Below are positions 9,823-20,051 of a DNA stretch of 64,000 bases, piece after piece. A program made the translations under genes and the position numbers. The first letter of the stretch is position 1. The number at the start of each line of letters is the position of its first letter. The DNA is from an uncultured Gemmatimonadota bacterium (GTDB lineage Bacteria; JAAXHH01). The DNA lies in contig OX638340.1 in NCBI GenBank assembly GCA_951812955.1, positions 2,912,001-2,976,000 of the forward strand, written 5' to 3'. Under the pieces are notes generated by a model, which saw only the letters and a program-made list of their open reading frames with translations, ran no database searches and was not told the DNA's origin.

Positions 9823-10914
9823 ATGTCCGAGCAGGTCCAGATTGCCCCGGCGCCGGAACCTGTCCCGCCGTCTCCCGCGCTGCCCGTACTGCAACCGGAC
9901 TCGGGCTATCTCGGGTACGACCGGGCGCTGTTGCGGCCCATGTCCCTCGGCACTAAGCTCCGAGCCTTGTTCAAGTACCTCTGGGTACGATTGAAGGGCG
10001 GACCGATGGCGGTGAACATGGAGGTGACCTATCTGTGCAACGCCACCTGCGATTTCTGTGATTACTGGAAGACGAAACGTTCAGGCAAGCTGGGCGATTA
10101 CGACTACATGGAGGCGCTCAGGAAGCTGAACCCCCTGACGGTCACGCTGACCGGCGGGGAACCCATGATCAACAAGCGACTGCCCGAGGCGGTCAGACGC
10201 ATCAAGGATGGCCTGGGATTCGTTTATATCGGCATGGTCACCCACGGATCTCTGCTGACCGTAGAAAAGGCCATGGCCCTGTGGGATGCCGGCGTGGACC
10301 ACATTTCGATCTCGTTGAACTATATCGGCCGCGAACATGACGAGGAACGGGGTATCGCGGGTTTGTACGAGCATATCTCCACGCTCGTTCCCCAGCTGAC
10401 GGCCCGAGGGGTCAACGTGATCTTCAACACGGTGATCATGCGTGAGAACCTGGACCACGTCGTACCCATCGCGCACCTGGCGCGTTCTATGGGCGCGAAG
10501 GTTTCCTACAGTTGCTACAGCGACTACAAGAATGGGAACGAAACCCACCTTGTGGATCCCGGTCACGAGGAGCAGTTGGAATCCGTGATCGAGGATCTGA
10601 TCTACCAGAAATCCCGATTGGGAAACATCGTCAATTCCGCCTGGTACTTGCGCCGGATCCCCGATTACTTCCAGGATGCGCTTCCAAGGTCCTGCACGGC
10701 AGCGGGCAAGTGGCTGGTGCAACTGACTCCCGACGGCAACGTAAAACCCTGTGCGGAACTGCCCGTAATGTCCGGGTATGCCGATTTCAAGCGGGTTTCA
10801 ACGAAGATCGACTGCAACCGGTGCTGGTACAGTTGCCGGGGTGAGACCGAATCTTCGTTGAAGCTTGTAAGGGTGCTGGAAGGCCTGGGCAGGGCCTGGC
10901 GCAGTAGCGCTTAA
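9823..10914 (+). CDS. Radical SAM enzyme with C-terminal Cys-rich (SPASM/twitch-like) region
   Basis: CNATCDFCDYW CxxxCxxC motif, TLTGGEPM SAM-binding motif. C-terminal C...CNRCWYSCRGE cluster. Pro/Ala-rich 60-aa N-terminal extension. Confidence 0.7.
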   Translation: MSEQVQIAPAPEPVPPSPALPVLQPDSGYLGYDRALLRPMSLGTKLRALFKYLWVRLKGGPMAVNMEVTYLCNATCDFCDYWKTKRSGKLGDYDYMEALRKLNPLTVTLTGGEPMINKRLPEAVRRIKDGLGFVYIGMVTHGSLLTVEKAMALWDAGVDHISISLNYIGREHDEERGIAGLYEHISTLVPQLTARGVNVIFNTVIMRENLDHVVPIAHLARSMGAKVSYSCYSDYKNGNETHLVDPGHEEQLESVIEDLIYQKSRLGNIVNSAWYLRRIPDYFQDALPRSCTAAGKWLVQLTPDGNVKPCAELPVMSGYADFKRVSTKIDCNRCWYSCRGETESSLKLVRVLEGLGRAWRSSA

Positions 10915-13900
10915 ACTACTACCGGCGCCAGTTCCCGGGCGAGGATCTTCCCGGTATGGGACAACAGGGACGCTGCGATATCCTCGGGCGTACCCGCGGC
11001 AACCACGTGACCGCCCCGGTCACCGCCTTCCGGACCTAGATCGACGATCCAGTCGGCCGTCTTGATGACGTCCAGGTTGTGTTCGATGACGAGCACGGTG
11101 TTCCCCTTGTCCACCAGCCTGTTGAGGACGTTCAGCAACTTGCGGATGTCGTCGAAGTGCAGCCCGGTGGTCGGCTCGTCCAGCAGGTAGACGGTCTTGC
11201 CGGTACCCGGCCGCGAGAGCTCCTTCGCCAGCTTGACGCGTTGCGCCTCGCCTCCCGAGAGCGTAATGGCCGACTGGCCGAGCTTGATGTAGTCGAGTCC
11301 CACGTCGTAAAGCGTCTGCAACATACGCCGGATGCGGGGCACGTTCTCGAAGTGCTCCAGGGCTTCGGCCACGGTCATCTCCAGCGTATCCGCGATCGTC
11401 TTACCCTTGTAGGTCACTTCCAGCGTCTCCTTCATGTAGCGCTTGCCGTCGCACACTTCGCAGGTCATCCACACGTCCGCCAGGAAATGCATCTCGATCT
11501 TGCGCACGCCGAGTCCCTGGCAGGCCTCGCACCGTCCAGCGGGCACGTTGAAGCTGAACCGTCGGGGTTCGTAGCCCCGCATCCGAGCCTCCACGGTCCG
11601 GGAGAAGAGCGACCGGATCGGCGCGAAGAGCCCGACGTAGGTGGATGGATCCGACCTGGGGGAATGGCCGATCGGGGTCTGGTCGATGTTTATGACCTTG
11701 TCCACGAACCGCAACCCCTTGATTTCATCGTGGGGTCCAGGGTTTACCTGGGCGCGGTGCAGGGTGGAGGCCAGCACAGGATGAAGGATGTCGTTGACGA
11801 GCGAGCTCTTTCCCGAACCGGACACCCCTGTGACGCAGATGAAAACGCCAAGGGGCAACGTCACGTCGATGTTCTTCAGGTTGTTCTGGCGCGCCCCGAG
11901 GATGCTAAGCCTGTTCCGGCCCGGCTTGCGGCGGTCCCGCGGCACTTCGATGCGAAGCCTGTTTCCCAGGTAACTGCCGGTGAGTGAAGTCTCGAGTTCC
12001 CTGAGGGCGGCGGGGGTGCCTTCGCCCACGATCCGGCCTCCGAACACCCCCGCTCCCGGTCCGAAATCCACCAGGTTGTCGGCATGCTCCAGCGTGTCGC
12101 GGTCGTGTTCGACCATGATCAGCGTATTGCCGAGATCGCGCAGGTTCTCCAGGGCATGGATCAGCCTGAGGTTGTCCCGCGGGTGAAGCCCGATCGTGGG
12201 TTCGTCCAGCACGTAGAGCACGCCGGTCAGCCCCGATCCGATCTGGCTGGCCAAACGGATTCGCTGTGCTTCGCCGCCCGATAGCGAGGGCGCCCGGCGG
12301 TCGAGGGTCAGGTATTCCAGCCCCACGTCGAGGAGGAAGCGCATGCGGTTTCTGATTTCCTTCATCACCTCGCCCACGACTTCCCGCTGCGGCGCCGAGA
12401 GTTTCAGGCCTTCGATGAAGTCCAGGGCACGGTCGGTGGACATGGCGCATAGCGCCGCAATGGACACGCCGTCGATCAGCACGGAAAGGCTTTCGGATCG
12501 GAGCCGTCCGCCTTCACATGCCGAGCAGGGCGTCGGCTGCAGGAGGCGGGCCAGTTCGGGAAAGCGGTTCGCGTAGCGGGCGACCAGTTCCACGGCCGGG
12601 AAGATGCCCCGGAACTGGAAGGACAGGCCGGGGACCCGTTGGTCCTCTATCCACCGGTCGCTGCCATAGAGCAACACCTGGAGCTGTTCTGCCGACAGCG
12701 CTTCAACGGGCGTCTCCAGGTTGAATCCCTGGGTGGACGCCACCAGTTCAAGCAGGTCGAGTATGGACCGTTCGCCCACCGTGCCTTCCTCCCAGATCGC
12801 AGCCGCGGCGTCCCTTATGGATTTCGAACGATCGGGAATCAACAGGTCGAGATCGATGCCGGGCTGGGTTCCGAGTCCCTCGCAATCGGGGCACATGCCC
12901 GCCCGGTGGTTGAATGAGAAGCTCTGGGGCGAGAGTTCGTCGTAACTGACTCCGCAGGCGGGACACGAATAGTACCGGCTGAAGCGGATATCGTGTGGAC
13001 CGGCGGAATCCGGTTCCTGCACCTCGGCGATCAGCAATCCCCCCGATAGGTCCAATGCCGTCTCCACCGAATCGGCCAGGCGCTGTCGGACGTCGCCCTG
13101 CATGACGATCCGGTCTACCACCACGCACAGTTCGTGGCGCCGCCGCCGGTCGATCTGAATGTCCTCTTCGAGCCGCCGCAACACGCCATCGATGCGTACC
13201 CGGATGAACCCGTTCCGGCGGGCCCTGTCCAGAAGGGCATCGTATCCCTCGGCGCCTTCGGGTTCCAGCGGCGCATGCAGCGTGGCGCGGGTCTGCTCCG
13301 GGAGGGTCATGATGCGGTCCACGATCTGGCTGGGCGTCTGCGCGCCGATGGGAACGCGGCAGGCGGGGCAGTGGGGCGCGCCGACCAGGGCGTAGAGTGC
13401 GCGCAGGTACTCGTAGATCTCCGTAATGGTGCCCACCGTGGAGCGTGGGTTCCGGCCCGGCGCCTTCTGTTCGATGGATATGGCCGGGGAAAGGCCGACG
13501 ATATGGTCCACCTTCGGCTTCTGCATCTGCTGGAGGAACTGGCGCGCGTAGGCTGAAAGGGATTCCACGTACCGTCTCTGGCCTTCCGCGTAGATCGTAT
13601 CGAGGGCCAGGGAAGTTTTCCCGGAGCCGGAAACGCCCGTGAACACGGTCATCCGGTCCCGGGGGACAGCCACGGTGAGGTCACGCAGGTTGTGCTCCCG
13701 CGCGCCGCGCACGGTGATCTCCCGTATGTGGCCGTCTCCTGCTGCGTCCTGCCTGACCGGTTTAGGAGCCACGGGGAGCGCCCGGGGCCGAAGCGCCTTC
13801 TCCAGGATCCGGCCCGTGGACGATCCGTCGACGCCCGCCACGGTCTCCGGCGTTCCCTCCGCGATGACGCGGCCGCCCGCGTCGCCGCCCTCCGGGCCCA

Positions 13901-16613
13901 GGTCGATGATCCAGTCGGCCGTCTTGATCACGTCGATGTTATGTTCGATGACAACGACGGTGTTGCCCTTGTCCACGAAGGCGTTCAGCACGGCGAGCAG
14001 ATGGGTGATGTCTTCGAAATGCAGGCCGGTCGTCGGTTCGTCCAGCACGTACATGGTCCGTCCCGTGCTTCGCTTGCACAGTTCACGGCCCAGCTTGATG
14101 CGCTGCGCCTCGCCCCCCGACAGCGTGGGCGCGGGCTGGCCCAGCTTGATATACCCCAGGCCTACGTCGTAGAGCGTCCTCAGCACCCGTGCGATGGACG
14201 GAACGTGCTCGAACAGTTCAAGCGCCTCCTGCACGTCCAGGTCGAGCACGTCGGCAATGGAGCGTCCCTTGTATTTCACCTCCAGGGTTTCCCGGTCGAA
14301 GCGCCTGCCTTCGCAAACGGGACAGGAGACCCACATATCCGCCAGGAAGTCCATCTCCACCCGCGTAGCCCCGTTGCCCTGGCAGGCTTCGCACCGGCCG
14401 CCCCGCACGTTGAAGCTGAACCGTCCCGGCCGGTAACCGCGCAACCTGGCTTCGGGGGTTTCGGCGAAGAGGGAGCGGATCGCGTCGAAGACCTTCGTGT
14501 AGGTTGCCGGATTCGATCTGGGCGTGCGGCCGATGGGGGCCTGGTCGATGTTGATCACCTTGTCCAGGTGCCCGACGCCCTTGAGGCCGTCATGTTCGCC
14601 CGGGTCCGTGCCGGCCTTGTTCAGCAGACGGGCCAGAGCCGCGTACAGGATGTCGTTGATCAGCGAGCTTTTACCGGAACCGGACACGCCCGTTACGCAC
14701 GTAAACCGTCCCACGGGCAGGCGCACGTCCAGGTTCTTGAGGTTGTTCTGACGGGCGCCCTGGATCATCAGCCACTTATCGGCCTCGCCGCGGCGCAAGG
14801 CCGGAATCGGGATCGTCTTCTTCCCGCACAGATACTGCCCGGTCAACGAAGCGGCGCTGGCTGCCACTATGCCGGGGCGGCCTTCGGCCACGATCTCGCC
14901 GCCGTTGACGCCGGCGCCCGGACCAAAATCCACGATGTGGTCGGAAGCCCACATGGTTTCTTCATCGTGCTCGACAATGATGACCGTATTGCCCTGGTCC
15001 CGCAACTGGCCCAGGGTATCCAAAAGCCGCCGGTTGTCCCTGGGATGCAGTCCGATACTCGGTTCGTCGAGCACGTACATCACGCCGACGAGCCCGCGGC
15101 CGATCTGGCTCGCGAGACGTATGCGCTGCGCCTCTCCGCCTGATAGCGTCGGCGCCGTGCGTTCCAGCGAAAGGTATTCGAGGCCCACGTTGAGGAGGAA
15201 GTCGAGCCGGGCGACTATTTCCTTGAGCGCTTCGTCGCCGATCTGGCGTTCGGCATCCGAAAGGGTCAGCTTCCGAAAGAAAGCGCGGATATCCAGTATC
15301 GGCAACCGGCACAGCGCGGCGATGGAGAGGCCGCCCAGGGTGACGGAAAGCGCTTCTGGCTTGAGGCGTTCTCCGCCGCAGCGATCGCATTGGCCTATGG
15401 CCATGTACCGTTCGATCTCGGTCTTGTGCCTGGGGGACTTGAGCGTATGGTACCGTTTTTCTAGGTCGGGAACGACCCCGTTGAACCGGTCCTTGTGCGA
15501 CCACTCGCCGCCCTTCCCGTTGTGGAAGGTGAAGGTGATTCGCTTGTATCCCAGGCCGTACAGCACCACCTTCCGCGCCTCTTCGTCCAACCGTTCCCAT
15601 GGCGTGTCCAGGCTGAAACCCACGTGTTGGGCTATCCCCTCGAAAAAGTGCCGTTTCCACTGGTTGGCGATGGTGCCGAGGGGTTCGATCGCCCCTTCGT
15701 TAATGGACTTCGCCGGATCGGGAATGATGAGCCTGGGTTCGATCCGCATCATGGTGCCCAGGCCGTGACAGTTCGGGCACATGCCCTGGGGGCTGTTGAA
15801 GGAGAACAGTTGCGGCGTGGGCTCCTCGTAACTCAGGTCACACGCGTTGCAGGCGTACCGCGTGCTGAAGAGCAGATCAGAAGTCCGGCCGTCCCCCTCC
15901 ATCTGGACCAACACGGAACCCTGGCTCAGGTGCAACGCGCCTTCCACCGCCTCGACCAGGCGGGTGCGGATGTCCTCCCGCACGACGAGCCTATCCGTCA
16001 CCACTTCGATCGTGTGCCGCATGTTTCGGTCCAGATCCGGATCCTCGGAGAGGTTGACGACGTCGCCGTTCACCCGGGCGCGCAGGTAGCCCTGCCGGCG
16101 CAGGTCCTCGAAGAGGTCCCGGTATTCGCCGCGGCGCCCCTGGATGACCGGCGCCAGTACGAGCAGCCGCGTTCCTTCGGGAAGCGCCAGGATCCGCGCG
16201 ACGATCTGTTCGAGGGTCTGCGCCCCTATCGACCCACCGCATTTCATGCAGTGAGGCGCCCCTACCCGGGCATACAGCACGCGCAGGAAGTCGTAGATCT
16301 CCGTGATCGTCCCGACGGTGGAACGGGGGTTCAGCCCGGCGGTTTTCTGTTCGATGGAGATGGCGGGCGCCAGTCCCGTGATCCGGTCGACGTCGGGTTT
16401 CTGCATCTGGCCGAGGAACTGTCTCGCGTAGGCCGATAGGGATTCGACGTAGCGCCGCTGGCCCTCCGCGTAAAGGGTATCGAAAGCCAGCGAAGACTTG
16501 CCGGATCCGGATACGCCGGTGAAGCAGATCAGTGCGTCTTTCGGCAGATCCAGGCTCACGTTCTTCAGGTTGTGAACGCGGGCCCCTTTGATTTGTATGG
16601 ATGTTGCGGCCAT
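10911..16613 (-). CDS. uvrA: Fused tandem UvrA-UvrA (two complete excinuclease ABC subunit A units in one 1900-aa polypeptide)
   Basis: MAATSIQIKGARVHNLKN...GVSGSGKSSLAFDTLYAEGQRRYVESLSAYARQF is a canonical UvrA N-terminus. It has four Walker A boxes, four LSGGEAQR signatures and multiple Zn-finger Cys clusters. The second full UvrA starts about aa 965 (IREITVRGAREHNLRDL...GVSGSGKTSLALDTIYAEGQRRYV). There is no stop between the units. The track ORF extends to 16667, but the UvrA-like start is ATG 16613. Confidence 0.85.
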   Translation of the reverse strand: MAATSIQIKGARVHNLKNVSLDLPKDALICFTGVSGSGKSSLAFDTLYAEGQRRYVESLSAYARQFLGQMQKPDVDRITGLAPAISIEQKTAGLNPRSTVGTITEIYDFLRVLYARVGAPHCMKCGGSIGAQTLEQIVARILALPEGTRLLVLAPVIQGRRGEYRDLFEDLRRQGYLRARVNGDVVNLSEDPDLDRNMRHTIEVVTDRLVVREDIRTRLVEAVEGALHLSQGSVLVQMEGDGRTSDLLFSTRYACNACDLSYEEPTPQLFSFNSPQGMCPNCHGLGTMMRIEPRLIIPDPAKSINEGAIEPLGTIANQWKRHFFEGIAQHVGFSLDTPWERLDEEARKVVLYGLGYKRITFTFHNGKGGEWSHKDRFNGVVPDLEKRYHTLKSPRHKTEIERYMAIGQCDRCGGERLKPEALSVTLGGLSIAALCRLPILDIRAFFRKLTLSDAERQIGDEALKEIVARLDFLLNVGLEYLSLERTAPTLSGGEAQRIRLASQIGRGLVGVMYVLDEPSIGLHPRDNRRLLDTLGQLRDQGNTVIIVEHDEETMWASDHIVDFGPGAGVNGGEIVAEGRPGIVAASAASLTGQYLCGKKTIPIPALRRGEADKWLMIQGARQNNLKNLDVRLPVGRFTCVTGVSGSGKSSLINDILYAALARLLNKAGTDPGEHDGLKGVGHLDKVINIDQAPIGRTPRSNPATYTKVFDAIRSLFAETPEARLRGYRPGRFSFNVRGGRCEACQGNGATRVEMDFLADMWVSCPVCEGRRFDRETLEVKYKGRSIADVLDLDVQEALELFEHVPSIARVLRTLYDVGLGYIKLGQPAPTLSGGEAQRIKLGRELCKRSTGRTMYVLDEPTTGLHFEDITHLLAVLNAFVDKGNTVVVIEHNIDVIKTADWIIDLGPEGGDAGGRVIAEGTPETVAGVDGSSTGRILEKALRPRALPVAPKPVRQDAAGDGHIREITVRGAREHNLRDLTVAVPRDRMTVFTGVSGSGKTSLALDTIYAEGQRRYVESLSAYARQFLQQMQKPKVDHIVGLSPAISIEQKAPGRNPRSTVGTITEIYEYLRALYALVGAPHCPACRVPIGAQTPSQIVDRIMTLPEQTRATLHAPLEPEGAEGYDALLDRARRNGFIRVRIDGVLRRLEEDIQIDRRRRHELCVVVDRIVMQGDVRQRLADSVETALDLSGGLLIAEVQEPDSAGPHDIRFSRYYSCPACGVSYDELSPQSFSFNHRAGMCPDCEGLGTQPGIDLDLLIPDRSKSIRDAAAAIWEEGTVGERSILDLLELVASTQGFNLETPVEALSAEQLQVLLYGSDRWIEDQRVPGLSFQFRGIFPAVELVARYANRFPELARLLQPTPCSACEGGRLRSESLSVLIDGVSIAALCAMSTDRALDFIEGLKLSAPQREVVGEVMKEIRNRMRFLLDVGLEYLTLDRRAPSLSGGEAQRIRLASQIGSGLTGVLYVLDEPTIGLHPRDNLRLIHALENLRDLGNTLIMVEHDRDTLEHADNLVDFGPGAGVFGGRIVGEGTPAALRELETSLTGSYLGNRLRIEVPRDRRKPGRNRLSILGARQNNLKNIDVTLPLGVFICVTGVSGSGKSSLVNDILHPVLASTLHRAQVNPGPHDEIKGLRFVDKVINIDQTPIGHSPRSDPSTYVGLFAPIRSLFSRTVEARMRGYEPRRFSFNVPAGRCEACQGLGVRKIEMHFLADVWMTCEVCDGKRYMKETLEVTYKGKTIADTLEMTVAEALEHFENVPRIRRMLQTLYDVGLDYIKLGQSAITLSGGEAQRVKLAKELSRPGTGKTVYLLDEPTTGLHFDDIRKLLNVLNRLVDKGNTVLVIEHNLDVIKTADWIVDLGPEGGDRGGHVVAAGTPEDIAASLLSHTGKILARELAPVVV

Positions 16614-16844
16614 GGGAATCAAGCCGGATTCAGCGGGTCGTTGGATCAGGGCGAACGGCGGCGGCACAGCAAGCGAAAGATGCTATACGGGTGTTTAGAA
16701 ATCAAGGTATTTTCAAGGTGGACCGTGAATGGCGGAAAAGACGCTTGTTCTATGCCGTTACCGGAGTTAACGTGGTGTCGGCCGGTCCATCAGAATGCGG
16801 CGCGCCGGCCCGCCGCAGCCGATGTCGGAAACGGGACGATCATC

Positions 16845-17570
16845 ATGTCGAACGACTGGTATATCGAATACTTCGACGAAGACTACTACCATTTCGACCA
16901 CCACGAGGATACGGATCTCGAAGTGGACGGACTCGCGCGCCTGTTGGACCGCCGCGAGAGGAAAAGGATACTGGACATTGGCTGCGGCTACGGACGGGTC
17001 AGCACACCGTTGCGGAAACGCGGCTATCGGGTCGTGGGCTACGACCTGTCCCCCGCCCTGCTGAAACGGGCCCGTGAAGGGGATCCCGGGGGAATCTGGG
17101 TCAGGGGAGACATGCGTGAACTGCCCTTTGCCGGAGCATTCGACACGGCCATCAGCCTGTTTAATGCCTTCGGGTACTTCGAAGAAGAAGAAGAAAACTT
17201 CAGGGTCCTGAAGTCTGTTTCGGAGGCATTGCACCCCGGCGGGCTGTTCGTATGCCAACTCGTCAACCGGGACTACCTTGTCCGCCGGTTCGCCGCCCAG
17301 GAAGTCCACCGCCGGGGAGACCTGGTCATACTGGAAGAGCGCGATTTCGATGCGATCGCGAACAGGGTGCTAACCAGGACGACCGTGATCAGTGGCGCGG
17401 ACAGACGGGAGTACGCGTCTTCCATCCGTGTCTACACCGTGACCGAGCTGGACCTGCTCCTGGCCGCTGCCGGCATGACGATACGGGAAGTCCACGGCGG
17501 ACTCGATTTCAGACCCTACGACTGGGATACGAACCAGTTGGTCATCATCGCCGAAAGAACCGATCGGTAG
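16845..17570 (+). CDS. Class I SAM-dependent methyltransferase
   Basis: ILDIGCGYGRVSTPL and VGYDLSP motifs. Divergent from uvrA. The upstream part of the track ORF (16572-) lacks homology. Confidence 0.6.
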   Translation: MSNDWYIEYFDEDYYHFDHHEDTDLEVDGLARLLDRRERKRILDIGCGYGRVSTPLRKRGYRVVGYDLSPALLKRAREGDPGGIWVRGDMRELPFAGAFDTAISLFNAFGYFEEEEENFRVLKSVSEALHPGGLFVCQLVNRDYLVRRFAAQEVHRRGDLVILEERDFDAIANRVLTRTTVISGADRREYASSIRVYTVTELDLLLAAAGMTIREVHGGLDFRPYDWDTNQLVIIAERTDR

Positions 17571-17680
17571 AGGATCCCGGGTGGCTCCGGTTTCCAATAA
17601 GCTTGACAAGACCCTGGTCCAATCTTAGGATTCAATGTCATTTCATTCTGTCTGAATACGGGAAAAACAAAGGATTCTAC

Positions 17681-18724
17681 ATGGCATCGGATCTGTTGCG
17701 CGTTGGCGTGATCGGATTGGGGTTCGGTCAATATCACATCCGTGGTTACCAGGCCTGTAACGGTGTGACGGTTGAGACGATCTGCAGCCGGACAACGGAA
17801 ACCGCGCAACGCGTGGCGAAGGACTACGGGATAGCCGAGACCCAGACGGATTACCGGGCGGTACTGGATCGCAAGGATATCGATGCCGTCAGTATCTGCA
17901 CGCCGGTGAACCTGCACAAGCAGATGGTCATCGAGGCCCTGGAATCCGGTAAACACGTCCTGTGCGAGAAACCGCTCGGGTTGAATACCGCGGAAGCCGG
18001 GGAAATGCTTGAAAGCGCGCGCCGGAGCGGCATGGTGCACATGACCAACTTCGGCTGGCGGTTCAATGGACCGGCCTTTCGCATGAAATCCCTGCTGGAC
18101 GAGGGTTACATCGGCAAGACCTACCATCTCAATGCCCGGTACATGATGGGTTACCGGGCAAGCCCCCGGAAGGAGCACAGCTGGCGTGAGCGGCGCATGG
18201 CGGCGGGACTCGGCGCCATGGGCGATCTCGGTGTACACCTGATCGATATGACACGGTGGTGGATCGGAGAATTCGAACGGGTATGTTCGCTGATGCACAC
18301 GCTCATCCCGGAACGTCCCGCGCCGGACTCATCCACCATGCGGGAGTCTGAACTGGAGGACGCCTGCGCTTTTATCTCACAGATGCAGGACGGGGTCCAG
18401 GCCGTTTTCCACGTGAGCCGTTGCGCCCTGAGCACGGACTACATCCACATAGATATCCACGGCAGCAATGGAGCCCTGCAGTTCCAGTTCCTGCGTGACA
18501 CCATGCAGGCCAGTCTGAAAGGCGGACAGGGCCTGCGAGGAAACATCCAGCCCCTGTCCGTGCCCGCCCGGAAGGGCGCGTTGTCTCCACAGCGACACTT
18601 TATCGACGCGATACGCTCCGGTGGGGAAGCCAATCCGAGTTTTCACGAAGGCTTCTGCGTGCAGCAGGTCGCTGACGCCATCACCGCTTCCGAGGAGAAA
18701 CAGGCATGGGTATCCCTCTTATGA
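17681..18724 (+). CDS. Gfo/Idh/MocA-family NAD(P)-dependent oxidoreductase
   Basis: LRVGVIGLGFGQYHI Rossmann N-terminus and EKPL motif. Confidence 0.7.
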   Translation: MASDLLRVGVIGLGFGQYHIRGYQACNGVTVETICSRTTETAQRVAKDYGIAETQTDYRAVLDRKDIDAVSICTPVNLHKQMVIEALESGKHVLCEKPLGLNTAEAGEMLESARRSGMVHMTNFGWRFNGPAFRMKSLLDEGYIGKTYHLNARYMMGYRASPRKEHSWRERRMAAGLGAMGDLGVHLIDMTRWWIGEFERVCSLMHTLIPERPAPDSSTMRESELEDACAFISQMQDGVQAVFHVSRCALSTDYIHIDIHGSNGALQFQFLRDTMQASLKGGQGLRGNIQPLSVPARKGALSPQRHFIDAIRSGGEANPSFHEGFCVQQVADAITASEEKQAWVSLL

Positions 18725-19626
18725 CATCGCGCTGGACAGCATTTAGGCGTTTTTCATTACTGCCGGTCCTTCTGGTCCTGTGCTGGATCCCTGGCTGTGC
18801 CGATCCCGATTCGGATACGGATTCCGCCGGCGCGGCCCGGGATGAAGCGCGCGTGATTGCGGAAGAGGTGATGGAGGCCATGGGTGGATTGGACAGCTGG
18901 CATGCCACCCGGTATATAGGGTTTTCCTTTTTCGGGTTTCGCACCCACTACTGGGATAAGGACACCGGCCGGTACCGCGTATCCTGGACCGACCGGGAAA
19001 GCGGCCAGTCTCACATCATCCTGATGAACCTGCAAACGGGCGATGGGAGCGTGTACGTGGACGGGGCGGAAGTCACCGACCCCGGGGAGCGGAATGGGTT
19101 TCTGGAGCGCGCACGGGGCGCGTGGATCAACGATACGTACTGGCTGCTGATGCCGTACAAGCTGCAGGATCCGGGCGTGGACCTGGCCTACGCGGGCGAG
19201 GAAGTCGTCGACGGGATAGTCTATGATACGTTACATCTCAGGTTCGATGAGGTGGGTAATACGCCCGGCGACGAATACTGGGCCTATATCAACCGGGACA
19301 CGCGCCTGATGGACAGATGGGTCTATCTCCTGCAGTTGCGGGAGGGACAGGACGAGCGAAGTCGCGGCGAATGGAAGTGGAACGACTGGCGCAAGTACGG
19401 CAAAATCCTGCTGTCCGCCGAGCGCGAAAGGATGGACGGCCAGAAACGCTCCCACGAAGACGTGGCCGTGTACGAACATGTGGCGGATCGGGTATTCACG
19501 TCTCCGGATCCGGTCACTCCTGATATGGTACTGGAACGAACCGATCCGGGCGATCCGGGCGCTTCTGAAGCCTCAGGTGCTTCAGGAGATACCGCCGACA
19601 CCCGGCCCGCCGGACGGTCAGAATGA
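18721..19626 (+). CDS. Secreted/lipoprotein-like hypothetical protein
   Basis: MTSRWTAFRRFSLLPVLLVLCWIPGCADP signal with lipobox-like LCWIPGC. Trp-rich with no recognised domain. ATGA overlap with the upstream gene. Confidence 0.4.
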   Translation: MTSRWTAFRRFSLLPVLLVLCWIPGCADPDSDTDSAGAARDEARVIAEEVMEAMGGLDSWHATRYIGFSFFGFRTHYWDKDTGRYRVSWTDRESGQSHIILMNLQTGDGSVYVDGAEVTDPGERNGFLERARGAWINDTYWLLMPYKLQDPGVDLAYAGEEVVDGIVYDTLHLRFDEVGNTPGDEYWAYINRDTRLMDRWVYLLQLREGQDERSRGEWKWNDWRKYGKILLSAERERMDGQKRSHEDVAVYEHVADRVFTSPDPVTPDMVLERTDPGDPGASEASGASGDTADTRPAGRSE

Positions 19627-19636
19627 TGGAGCCTTC

Positions 19637-19981
19637 ATGTCCACTGTCCCTCCCGCGCCCGAACACGTGGCCCTCGACCATCCGGAGAAGGGCGCACTGA
19701 CCGTCTTCTGGAATGACGGCAGCGCGAGACAGTATGCGCTGGCCGATCTTCGAAAAGCCTGTCCCTGCGCCACCTGCCGAGATCTGCGCGATCAGTTGTC
19801 CTCCACTGGCGGGTTGACCCTGCTCGCCAACGAATCCCTGGATCCGAGCGTCGAGGTGATCGACATGAGTACCGTGGGCCGGTATGCGCTTCAGTTCACC
19901 TGGAAGGACGGTCACAATACCGGTATCTATACCTACGAGTTTCTCTATGGCGAAGGGCAGGATCTCGAAGCGCCGAGTTGA
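19637..19981 (+). CDS. DUF971-family protein (gamma-butyrobetaine hydroxylase-like N-domain)
   Basis: LTVFWNDGSARQYALADLRKACPCATCRD matches the DUF971 core, including the CPCAxC motif. Confidence 0.5.
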   Translation: MSTVPPAPEHVALDHPEKGALTVFWNDGSARQYALADLRKACPCATCRDLRDQLSSTGGLTLLANESLDPSVEVIDMSTVGRYALQFTWKDGHNTGIYTYEFLYGEGQDLEAPS

Positions 19982-20051
19982 TGCCATGGATATGGATCCT
20001 TCCGTGTCTTGAAGCGCACGGAGGTCTATGGTCCGTGAAAGGTGGGATGTC

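Noticed and set aside
11079-16439. Long plus-strand ORFs (for example 11079..11987, 13692..15143, 14869..15768, 15495..16439) inside the uvrA-uvrA region
   Set aside because: They are antisense to a gene with unmistakable UvrA homology and their translations are low-complexity with no motifs. They are GC-rich antisense artefacts.
16614-16844. LexA/SOS box in the uvrA-methyltransferase divergent intergenic region
   Set aside because: There is no CTGT-N8-ACAG or GAAC-N4-GTTC match by eye.
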